A DNA stretch of 64,000 nt from the sequence record PP261279.1; one strand, written 5' to 3'. The notes under the pieces are model-generated. The model had not been told where the DNA came from. It saw only the letters and a program-made list of their open reading frames with translations, and ran no database searches. A program made the position numbers and the translations under genes. This document shows, one piece after another, positions 16,501-24,356 of this stretch (position 1 is its first letter; every line of letters begins with the position of its first letter). Source of the DNA: Escherichia phage ECP2303.

Positions 16501-19164
16501 AGTTTGGTTAAACCACAAATTACAAGAGTAATCCCTCATATAGTCATAATCAGAGTATTTGTTTACATCTTCGTTCCAACACATGTTTAGGTTGGTACCG
16601 CCCATGCATACAATATATTCTGCGACATACTTATCACTTCTGGTAGGAATACCTATGAACCATCTGTTAACAGGCTCATCCCAAGCTGTGCGCTCATCTT
16701 TAACGCAGATAGCAATCCAGTCATGTGTTCCTGTTTTCTTGCACACATCTCGCTTCATACCATAGTAGAACTCTTTAGTATTCGGCTCAGGTGCATTTAT
16801 CAGGTAACTCCATGCCTGATTTGCATAAGTTCCATTGGTGCGTGGATCATGATCAAAGGCATACATGATGATCCTTTCCCCACCAAGATGTTCGCCAAGA
16901 GTAACTTTGACATTCACATCGCCGTAACCATTGCGAACAACATCCATATTGTCAATAGAGATGCCTCTGGGAGTGTAGGCAATCTTCAGCGAGTTATCCT
17001 CACTAGTGCCACCAAGTGTAATCCCTATGTTGTTTGTTGTCCCGTCGGCATATCTTACTGTGGCTTCCCAGCGTATTCCGAAATATCCTGCATCATGGCT
17101 AACAATTTTCAGTGTACGAGCACCAGAGTTAGGTTTTCCAGGATCAGGCCAAGGATTTGGATGTTCATGGACAGTCAACGATGTCCCGTTTTGCTCGTTG
17201 ACCTGCAACATTTTACCGCCTCTGCCGTTAGGGTTGAACTCCCACAAGGCTTGTGTTTTCACAATATTGTCATACGTGGTACGTCTCTGATCGTAGATCT
17301 CCTGAGTCACATCGTAGGTTACAGACCCGGCATCCATTCTATGGAGTCGTACTATATACGATGTATCGCCTTCTACAGCAGGTTGAGCTGCGTTAAGCCC
17401 GAAGTATACAGTATCGTTGACATGGAACTGTTTGTTTCTACCGACAGTATGCCACTTGCCGTTGGACGGGTACGCTGGGACGATAGTGTTCCAGTTCAAA
17501 GTCCTTGTTGTGTGGGTTCTGCCTGTGCCATGTTTGTCATGATAGGTTATTTTTACAGAGTACAGTCCACGTCTGTTAACATTTCTGTTATATTGGGTAA
17601 CAACAACTTCGTTGGCCCCGCCGTGGTTCCAGTTGGTGGAGAATTGGTAATTTGCATCTGTAACAACCGTGCCTGCAGCATTTACCAGTTCAATCTTGTC
17701 AATAATGAACGTAGCCCCCTCTGGCTGAGGCTTCAATTTCATCTTGACCGTGTCACCAATGTAAATATTGCTAACGCTGCTAACACCGTTAACTTCGAAA
17801 ATATCATCAACACCCCAACTGTCTACTGGGACATTTTTATACCAATTCTCAGGAACCTCTGTGAACCCCTGGCTATTAAGTCTGCCGCCAAACAGGTTGT
17901 TAGATCCTGCAAAACTTCCCCTTGGGATGCCTGACCACCAAAGTTTACCATTAACAACAGTAAAGGTTCCTAAGAAACCTTCTCTGTGGATGCCTTGGAA
18001 ATAAACACTCTCTGTCCAGCTAACTGGCAGGCGTTGCTCAACATATTTAGCTGTAGCAAGAGCTTGATAGTGGATAAAATTAGCCCTAGGGCTATTGTTT
18101 GCAGATTGTGCACCAATATCATTACACAAGTTGCGAGAGAATCCACGATACTGTTTAGTGCCATTATTGAAGAAAATGCCACTTGTGCCATATCCACGAG
18201 CCATTATCACCTCATGGGTGTAGGTGATATTTAAGGAACGCCATGTGTCATCTCCCCAGACGTCTTGCCCGTAGAATACGTTAACAAGCTGCTGGTCATT
18301 GGGTTTGTGCATCCTCTGTGTGGCAATTATTGCCCCGTTAGGGCCACACATAAACCCTTTCCACTCCTCATCTGCAGGAATGCCCCTCAAATCGTTACGA
18401 GTAATCTGCACAGGGGGCCAAACAAGGTCGTTTCTACTGTTATTTCTCAGAAAGTCGTATCCAGCAATCCAGAAACCCCTAGGACCACCGAAAATAACAG
18501 AATTGTCATGCACCTCGCAGTTGATGCTTGGGTTTTTCCAAGGTCCTGTTTCAGGATTTTCCGATGTCTCACCAATCTTCACAGGGGTTGCATGCTGATT
18601 TTTATCTACATGTAAAGATCCGTAGGTGTTGTTACCAGATCCATACAGGTTAAGTATGCCAGTACCTTCTGCCTCTGCAATAACCCAGACAGTGTTGTTA
18701 ATACCGCCCATCACCTCAATAAGGCGTTCTGGGTGGGTGTCAAGGTGCAATCCTTTAACAATCTGCTCTGGGAGTGGTGTCCACTCGTTTACGCAAACAT
18801 CATTACCGCCTGCAGCAGTGGATCCGATAAGACCTGCAGTGCAGCCGATGTAGAAAAACTGGTTATCAAAAGTCCGGATCACAAACGCGCGGTCTGCTCT
18901 CCACACATGATCAACATTCCAGGCTGTTTCGCTCGGATAGTTTATAGGGCTACGATCCCCAGTGCGGCACTCTCCGAACTTGTTATAGCCGGTAATATTA
19001 AGCTGACCATCATCAAAAAGTATAGCTAAGCTATTTACATAGGATACTGTGTTGCTTGTACCATCACTGTTGTCTATTGGGTATGACAGAACAGCAAGTT
19101 CCTTAATTCCACCCCTCTTATCGAGGAAATGACGACCAAGTTTTAGCAAAGGGATTGGAAGCAT
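13528..19164 (-). CDS. Giant virion-associated protein (1878 aa), fibre/adhesin-like, with a C-terminal Ig-like domain
   Basis: Single uninterrupted ORF at the end of the late fibre block. Gly/Asn/Thr-rich beta-type composition and a Big_2-like Ig motif near the C-terminus (NIATVDATTGLVTFKATGNVTIKFVVTDDAG). Confidence 0.75.
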   Translation of the reverse strand: MLPIPLLKLGRHFLDKRGGIKELAVLSYPIDNSDGTSNTVSYVNSLAILFDDGQLNITGYNKFGECRTGDRSPINYPSETAWNVDHVWRADRAFVIRTFDNQFFYIGCTAGLIGSTAAGGNDVCVNEWTPLPEQIVKGLHLDTHPERLIEVMGGINNTVWVIAEAEGTGILNLYGSGNNTYGSLHVDKNQHATPVKIGETSENPETGPWKNPSINCEVHDNSVIFGGPRGFWIAGYDFLRNNSRNDLVWPPVQITRNDLRGIPADEEWKGFMCGPNGAIIATQRMHKPNDQQLVNVFYGQDVWGDDTWRSLNITYTHEVIMARGYGTSGIFFNNGTKQYRGFSRNLCNDIGAQSANNSPRANFIHYQALATAKYVEQRLPVSWTESVYFQGIHREGFLGTFTVVNGKLWWSGIPRGSFAGSNNLFGGRLNSQGFTEVPENWYKNVPVDSWGVDDIFEVNGVSSVSNIYIGDTVKMKLKPQPEGATFIIDKIELVNAAGTVVTDANYQFSTNWNHGGANEVVVTQYNRNVNRRGLYSVKITYHDKHGTGRTHTTRTLNWNTIVPAYPSNGKWHTVGRNKQFHVNDTVYFGLNAAQPAVEGDTSYIVRLHRMDAGSVTYDVTQEIYDQRRTTYDNIVKTQALWEFNPNGRGGKMLQVNEQNGTSLTVHEHPNPWPDPGKPNSGARTLKIVSHDAGYFGIRWEATVRYADGTTNNIGITLGGTSEDNSLKIAYTPRGISIDNMDVVRNGYGDVNVKVTLGEHLGGERIIMYAFDHDPRTNGTYANQAWSYLINAPEPNTKEFYYGMKRDVCKKTGTHDWIAICVKDERTAWDEPVNRWFIGIPTRSDKYVAEYIVCMGGTNLNMCWNEDVNKYSDYDYMRDYSCNLWFNQTTGYPPRQARVNPAIFTDTQVFLTKQANEVQTFKNKYDPNKWFYNCYGAFFWGPGELPGGGSCLNEATYASDYIMGQVKKYKIIPGPETLGNAVDPYIIMTALRSNMDGTSMSMQIPVTNGYKRVVMIIKCDLIGKQVLAENGTSTHPFEVALHYQFADSPFAGDKRISDTDAQRCKKVLLGAGWWWYEFDLTDKFTDTSRVVTGLRLDLGENMHKAVCDGTYGDPTIYLKYISFEHPEDVVYGPKLRLFGSWIAKDRVGMGKKVRGFLVDAGTEDMLVNAVWPELPGTQWNNSAKSINWFNIHRAMWTTNCYLWRELNDQAFGFSNGRRMAIICWTTLQRCYDHDYEIGGRAWKNIRDRIITNFADDNGGGAHNFGTSRLIHLNGSSAYKKEGYSGSMIEWGLVKDARVLMGQQLAAAIGPSAVQSVKPAWFDIPIWSSGTPGTAAINPTTGDLEISWEDLKQVGGWDKTGYQVQWWRADGSLAADEFVKDNFYTMSSAKAQQLFGQATPSTITMSMCCKDNRTGALGPRVAKVFSGIKWNLPVQSVSWKQIGDNKLLVTPACQFNATLNVDPAVAANSAKASDFSVSNTAMADVRKIDTLNARITCKNTYGTFQIINNFTDADSKVVRTASQTLSLGTLAYAALITEQSATLQGGGVGKSITTPVWKPNEWVVFDLTVDFSSDNNWTWVRNCLSQLMGGPSSVSDSHDSTDPSVFQVGKTHPETGETLPDRKYALVCISYGKADVTFSGTHTYNGTYNFSRKYSLKAGNIIDEVGALYNPGNGIGIVGGKLQMQEPSITPSNVSGIRKTWESSNTNIATVDATTGLVTFKATGNVTIKFVVTDDAGRKTSSTSFTVKQMAPQWRMWIGTATNGAYPNPAGTSGMKTFSTSKPMEYGSGPKVGQMVYFGAYIPEIIGLPRSQLQLLFGAGVDDLATFGYSDNIEAARSSGWVGFRMESGREGRILGTASIGVMFPGDQQYRLEAYATFSR

Positions 19165-19212
19165 TGTGTTCTCCAGATAAGAAAACCGCCCCGTCAGGAG
19201 CGGTTAGATATA

Positions 19213-20958
19213 TTAACGTTGTGCAATTACTACGTCTACGATATCACCAACACCACAATACGTTAATTGCAGCAAGGTAACACTGTTAGCCTTGTTGTTA
19301 ATAACAGGTGTTGCCGACAGGATAGCATACTTATCGTGCAAAGTCACGTTGTGACCTACAGCATCCTGAATTACATAGATAACCGCAGTGAATGGATAAG
19401 GTTTATCTTCCGCTGATGTCCCAGGCCACTGTCCTATTGTAAAATCCCCTTTCGCGTGAACAACATACATACTGGCCTGCCCGTTAGGTGTCCATGTCCC
19501 ACTGGACGCGTCAACCTCCTCTAAATCAAAATCTACCTTTCCTGCGTGGAAAGTAGGGGCAGTAATGGTTTTACCCGCCTCAATTTCTTGAGAGGTGGTT
19601 ATCTTGCCACTGGAGTTAATGCCATTACAGACAAAGTTGACATTAGAGAAGTCAGGCAACCACCCAGTCACCGTGCCGGATATTTCAAGGTTGTGAACAG
19701 AGGTGGTGCCAGTCCCTGCTGCGTTTAAACTGACATCTCCATTTACCTGCAAGTTGCGGGTAACGTTGCAGTTTTCAGAGTTTGCAGTTGTTGCAGTTAA
19801 AGTGGTTGTTGTCAGCTCGGTAATTACACCTTTGTTGGCTGTAAGCCCTTCTCCTTCAAAAGTTGCACGCTCATTGACTCTTAAGGTATTCAGAGCTATG
19901 TTTTGGATAGAGGCCGTACCTCGAATAACTACAGACCCGCCAATCTCCAAATCGCCATTTATCAATGCATCACCAGTGCTTTCAATATAGCTAGGATAGA
20001 TCATGGTGCCATCGACAGAGTATGTTATCCCTGTAACGGTACCTGTCACCTCAAGGTTCTTAACCCTGGTGGTCCCATCGACCTGCAATGTCGGTTCGGT
20101 TGCTGCCTTCATGGCATTACCACGAATGTACACGTAGTCAAAAAAGTTATTACCCAGACCATCAAAATGCACATCGTTATTATTAGCCACTGGTTTCCCA
20201 GAAGTTATAGTGTCAGCTATAACCCTGTGGGTGGACACTTCATGAGGTTGCAGCTCTGTACTTCTCCAGTCTGCATGCTTAGGATCGCTCCACGCAAAAG
20301 TAAGTGTAGAAGTATTTGCCGTGAGGATTAGATTCCTAAAGCGTGCAGTAGAATCTGCCCCATTAACAGGTCCATGTAAGGTAAGGGTGCCACCAACTAT
20401 AGTGTTAGCGAGTTCTGTAAGACCTTTTACCACCAAAGATCCTACAGTAACTTTCATCCCCTCCATGGCTTTAAATATGCTATCAACATAGTCAACAACA
20501 AACTCTGTGTTTGCTATGGACTCTGACTTATCGTCCATTGGAGGTGTAGGTACTCGCGGGTCACCTTCGAACCTTGGGCTGTTAAGTTTTGCGTAGTATT
20601 TTGCCATTACTGCAGAGTCGGTGTATAATCTCCAGTTTGGAGATTGTGAAGGATCTGCTGGCATTCTAACCGGGTTAGATTTTGATGCTGCTGGGGCGTA
20701 CCACCACTGAGTGCCTGTATCCCCTTTAAACTCATACAACTGGTTAAAAACTGTTGTGGATGCACCATACGCCCAAGGGATTGGTGGCGTTTTAAAATAA
20801 AGGGTGTCAAGCATGGCTTTTCGTACCGTAGGGATAGTGGTCCCATCCTCTACGACAACTTCATCCACAGCGTTACCGTTGACAATCAAGTGCAAACGTT
20901 CAGAATCAACAATTACTTGATCTACCGCCTGCTCGAAGCTTGTCATGTCTTGCGCCAT
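19213..20958 (-). CDS. Tail fibre / tailspike-like protein (581 aa)
   Basis: Thr/Asn/Gly-rich repetitive beta-strand composition typical of fibres; located inside the fibre cluster. Confidence 0.6.
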   Translation of the reverse strand: MAQDMTSFEQAVDQVIVDSERLHLIVNGNAVDEVVVEDGTTIPTVRKAMLDTLYFKTPPIPWAYGASTTVFNQLYEFKGDTGTQWWYAPAASKSNPVRMPADPSQSPNWRLYTDSAVMAKYYAKLNSPRFEGDPRVPTPPMDDKSESIANTEFVVDYVDSIFKAMEGMKVTVGSLVVKGLTELANTIVGGTLTLHGPVNGADSTARFRNLILTANTSTLTFAWSDPKHADWRSTELQPHEVSTHRVIADTITSGKPVANNNDVHFDGLGNNFFDYVYIRGNAMKAATEPTLQVDGTTRVKNLEVTGTVTGITYSVDGTMIYPSYIESTGDALINGDLEIGGSVVIRGTASIQNIALNTLRVNERATFEGEGLTANKGVITELTTTTLTATTANSENCNVTRNLQVNGDVSLNAAGTGTTSVHNLEISGTVTGWLPDFSNVNFVCNGINSSGKITTSQEIEAGKTITAPTFHAGKVDFDLEEVDASSGTWTPNGQASMYVVHAKGDFTIGQWPGTSAEDKPYPFTAVIYVIQDAVGHNVTLHDKYAILSATPVINNKANSVTLLQLTYCGVGDIVDVVIAQR

Positions 20959-20967
20959 GATTTCTCC

Positions 20968-21234
20968 TTAAGCTTTTTGCTCTTCGTTTTTAACGTGGTC
21001 AGGGTGCTGGCAACCCCACCGGAGCGAGATGAATTTGCTAATAAGCTGGGGGCAGGCTACTGAAGGTGCATATATCCACGCATACCATTCAGGAAGCGTA
21101 TCATTATACCCCATATGAATAAACACCCCAGTCATCACCGCCATGCCTATGTTCGACCATAGCTTAGATTGGGATACTTTCGTAGGGTCATCAGATGCCG
21201 CAACCAGTCCCCATAAAAACTGAGTTAGTTTCAT
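20968..21234 (-). CDS. Small membrane protein, holin-like (88 aa)
   Basis: One or two predicted transmembrane segments (WSNIGMAVMTGVFIHMGY, WYAWIYAPSVA...) and a charged C-terminus (HVKNEEQKA). Confidence 0.4.
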   Translation of the reverse strand: MKLTQFLWGLVAASDDPTKVSQSKLWSNIGMAVMTGVFIHMGYNDTLPEWYAWIYAPSVACPQLISKFISLRWGCQHPDHVKNEEQKA

Positions 21235-21245
21235 TTACCCTCTTT

Positions 21246-22292
21246 TTAAGCATAAGATATAGTGATCCATTGACCGTTTACAAGTTTTTGGATAGCACCT
21301 GTCCAGTAATCACCTTGATAAGGGTGTTTATAAGCGTAGTTACCAGAGCACATCACATGTCCAGGGTAGACTCTTGACTCTCTGTAGGTGGTTTTGAAAC
21401 GGTTTGCTATCCTTACATCGTCAACCCCTCTACTGGGCATAGGGACAGTAAGGTTACCACTACCGTCTGCGCTGTTACCGTTTACCCTGCGGACCACGTT
21501 TCTTCCACCAACGGTTGCATATTGGCCTCTAACGGTTTCATCGTTACAATCAACTCTTCCACCTATTTGAGCGCTTCCGCAGGATTGTTGTCCGTTAACA
21601 GTGGCTCTTGGTATCGTGACCGCATTGGCATTTGCAGAGGAACTTTTTGCATCGTTGCATTCAAGATTTCCTTGGATAGCCAGTCTTGCACGGTTGGCAG
21701 TTATAGCATTGAGCTTCATAGCCGAAAACACAGGCTGCCCACCAGAAGGTTGAAATCTCCAACGGAACCCGTCTATTTGGTGAGAAGGATCATCAAGGTC
21801 TGTGCCGTCAGCACCACCGATGTTGTCCATAATCCAGAAATCCATCGTCGTCTTGTCTGGCGTTATGGTGGTATATATTGCCGCACTGTCTGTTGACGCA
21901 GATGCAAACTCGATTCTTTGGAGACCTAAAGTTTGAGTCTGAGTCATTATGTCTCCAGACTTGTCAACATATAGATCGTCCATTTCTTCAGGTGAGTATA
22001 CATTGAGAACTTGACGTGCAGCAGCTTTGTCTGGAACGTCTGCTAGATTATTAGTGACCCTTAAGAATCTATTATCCCATCCTGGGACAACATCTTCTGT
22101 TAAATGCTTCAACCACGCAGAAAGCATGTGAAGTTCAAAGTTAACAACTTCACATGCCATTCTTTGTGTCATATCCCAACCTTTCAATCTCTCTTCTTTT
22201 TTTGGTTGAGACTTATTCAACTCTCCCGTATTTTCAAGCACAACATCCTGATTGGCCCAAATATCAAGAGGGATAACTGGTTTAGTCATCAC
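21246..22292 (-). CDS. Tail fibre protein with P2 gpH-like C-terminal tip (paralogue B)
   Basis: C-terminus ...AIQKLVNGQWITISYA resembles the P2 gpH C-terminus (...IQKYINGTWYNVAQV, quoted from memory). N-terminus is shared with the 23304-24344 paralogue. Confidence 0.7.
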   Translation of the reverse strand: MMTKPVIPLDIWANQDVVLENTGELNKSQPKKEERLKGWDMTQRMACEVVNFELHMLSAWLKHLTEDVVPGWDNRFLRVTNNLADVPDKAAARQVLNVYSPEEMDDLYVDKSGDIMTQTQTLGLQRIEFASASTDSAAIYTTITPDKTTMDFWIMDNIGGADGTDLDDPSHQIDGFRWRFQPSGGQPVFSAMKLNAITANRARLAIQGNLECNDAKSSSANANAVTIPRATVNGQQSCGSAQIGGRVDCNDETVRGQYATVGGRNVVRRVNGNSADGSGNLTVPMPSRGVDDVRIANRFKTTYRESRVYPGHVMCSGNYAYKHPYQGDYWTGAIQKLVNGQWITISYA

Positions 22293-22378
22293 GTTCTCCT
22301 GAGAAAATTCCTTAGGACTATTTTAACACTTTAGAGAACAAAATGCAAGAACGGAGTCCTTTCCGTTCTGACCTTTGT

Positions 22379-22693
22379 TTACCTTTTACTATGCTCTACG
22401 AGCATGTGCAAAATCTTTTGTACATCAGCTCGGATGCCGGAGACATCTGTCCTGACATCCTGCTTAAGGTCGTTAATATCGGCCTCTAGCTTGCTTAACC
22501 GGGTCTCGATAACGGAATCAAGTCTATCTTTTGTAACCATACTGTTTTTCACTAAGATGAGGTCTTTCTCCAGTTCATCCAACCTCTGGGAAATGCCTTT
22601 CCATTTGGTGTGCCACTGGTTGAAAGCCCATACACAGATCGGGACAACGGTACCCATACAGATACCGTACAATGCCGCCAAATCCAACTCCAC
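22379..22693 (-). CDS. Membrane-anchored coiled-coil protein (104 aa)
   Basis: N-terminal transmembrane segment (LAALYGICMGTVVPICVWAF) followed by a heptad-like charged helix; lies between Tfa and fibre B. Confidence 0.45.
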   Translation of the reverse strand: MELDLAALYGICMGTVVPICVWAFNQWHTKWKGISQRLDELEKDLILVKNSMVTKDRLDSVIETRLSKLEADINDLKQDVRTDVSGIRADVQKILHMLVEHSKR

Positions 22694-22704
22694 AACACCT
22701 CCTC

Positions 22705-23289
22705 TTAGAGGGTAGGTCGCTCCGGGAAGAAAATGTCAGGGGCTTTAGATGTATCTATTTCAAGAAGTTTTACCCTGTACATTTTCAAATCTCTGATGTT
22801 ACGTTTCTGGTCATCAGTAAGATCATATTCAAGGTCAATCATGTCTTGATAGGCACCAATTCTAGCAGTAGCCCAAGCAAGTTCTGTCTCTATGACACCC
22901 TCTGCCTGTTGAACAAAGAATTCATTGTCTGTGACAAATTCATCACCAACTAAACGCAAAGCGTCGTGGTGAAGCATAATGTTTTCTGGTACCTCTTCTT
23001 TTTTGGCGATAACCACACGAAGACCTGGAGCAGGCCATAAGGCATCAGGTTCTTCTGTAGATGTCTTAAGAATTCCCTTCTCGTCAACAAGTAGGAAGAT
23101 ACAACCTGGATTTTCTTGTCGCAATGTTCGTGACTGCACATACCAATCGCCATCATCATTACGTAAAAAATACCCAGTGTATGCGGTGTAATCCTCAACC
23201 TCTTGAGGGGTCAGCTCCTTGGTTTCCTTGTTGGCGTGGTATTCGCCAGATCCCGGTTGGTAAAGTTTAAACTCTTGAAGTATTTTCAT
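22705..23289 (-). CDS. Tail fibre assembly chaperone (Tfa-like)
   Basis: C-terminus KMYRVKLLEIDTSKAPDIFFPERP closely matches the lambda Tfa C-terminus (...[21 protein letters not shown]..., quoted from memory). Sits immediately downstream of fibre A. Confidence 0.7.
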   Translation of the reverse strand: MKILQEFKLYQPGSGEYHANKETKELTPQEVEDYTAYTGYFLRNDDGDWYVQSRTLRQENPGCIFLLVDEKGILKTSTEEPDALWPAPGLRVVIAKKEEVPENIMLHHDALRLVGDEFVTDNEFFVQQAEGVIETELAWATARIGAYQDMIDLEYDLTDDQKRNIRDLKMYRVKLLEIDTSKAPDIFFPERPTL

Positions 23290-23303
23290 GCTAGTCCTCC
23301 GAT

Positions 23304-24344
23304 CTATGCATAATTAACAGTGATCCATTGACCGTTTACAAGTTTTTGTAAAGGTCCTGCCCAGTAAGTTGAACCACGCATCTCTTTTTTGTCACCGAAA
23401 TGCCAGCCTGTGACAACGTAGCCGTTGCGGATTGGAGATTCAGAAACGCCGTCCACAAGTCTTGCACCGATTCTGATGTCTTGCACACCTGTCTGCGGGA
23501 TAGTGATCGTTACATCACCGTTACCGTTAGCCGTCACTCCGTTCACAGAGCGAACCACATTTCTGTTACCGACAACACAGTGCTGGCTTCTTACAACCAT
23601 ACTGTCACAACTTGCACCACCATTAACATATACTGACCCAGCCGTCAATTGACTAGCCACATTGCAGTTGGTGAATGTTGCTGTATTACTGATAGTAAGG
23701 TTATTACACCTCATGTTATCGACAACTTCAACATTGCCTACCACTTTCAACAGCGCACGGTTAGCCGTGATCGCGTTAAGGTACATCAAAGTGAACTCTG
23801 GATTAATATCCGGCTGAGTTGGCTGGAATCTCCAACGAAACGCATCTACTGTAGATGTACCGCCATCATCAAACGACCCGGTATTATCACTTAACCCAAA
23901 GTCGAGAGTTGTCTTATCTGGGCCAATAGTCGTCTCTATCCAAGCCTTATCTGTCTCGGCAGCTTTAAAGTTGATACGTTGCAAACCCAAGGGGCCTGTC
24001 ATTGTATCACCTGTAACTTTTACATACCTGGCGTCTGCCTCTTCCTTGGTAATAATCCCAAGGTTTCTACGGGCAACAGGGATGTTCAAAAGATCACTCA
24101 AGTTATTATCACGTACCAGATAACGGCCTTCTTGAGCGGGGATCTGCTCGTCAGCAATATATTTTGCCCAAGTTCCGAGCATATTGAAAATATAGTTAAG
24201 TTCTTCACATGAGGGCTTTTGACCAAGATCCCAACCTTTTCTCCACAAATCATCAATCGGGCGTAGCCTGTTCTGTCTGTGGGTGTTAGGCAGAACCTGA
24301 TCCTCCTCTGCCCAAATCTCTAATGGAAAACTAGGTTTTGACAT
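23304..24344 (-). CDS. Tail fibre protein with P2 gpH-like C-terminal tip (paralogue A)
   Basis: C-terminus ...PLQKLVNGQWITVNYA. Conserved N-terminus (P.EIWA..D.VLPNT...KGWD) and a divergent central region relative to paralogue B. Confidence 0.7.
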   Translation of the reverse strand: MSKPSFPLEIWAEEDQVLPNTHRQNRLRPIDDLWRKGWDLGQKPSCEELNYIFNMLGTWAKYIADEQIPAQEGRYLVRDNNLSDLLNIPVARRNLGIITKEEADARYVKVTGDTMTGPLGLQRINFKAAETDKAWIETTIGPDKTTLDFGLSDNTGSFDDGGTSTVDAFRWRFQPTQPDINPEFTLMYLNAITANRALLKVVGNVEVVDNMRCNNLTISNTATFTNCNVASQLTAGSVYVNGGASCDSMVVRSQHCVVGNRNVVRSVNGVTANGNGDVTITIPQTGVQDIRIGARLVDGVSESPIRNGYVVTGWHFGDKKEMRGSTYWAGPLQKLVNGQWITVNYA

Positions 24345-24356
24345 TTTATCTCCTGA

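Noticed and set aside
16723-17934. 403-aa plus-strand ORF (and many other plus-strand ORFs of 60-200 aa between 13.8 and 59.9 kb, e.g. 44065-44700 and 53923-54366)
   Set aside because: These are fully nested antisense to long, co-linear minus-strand structural genes. They have low-complexity, Cys/Leu/Ser-rich translations typical of antisense frames and no ribosome-binding sites. I treated them as spurious.
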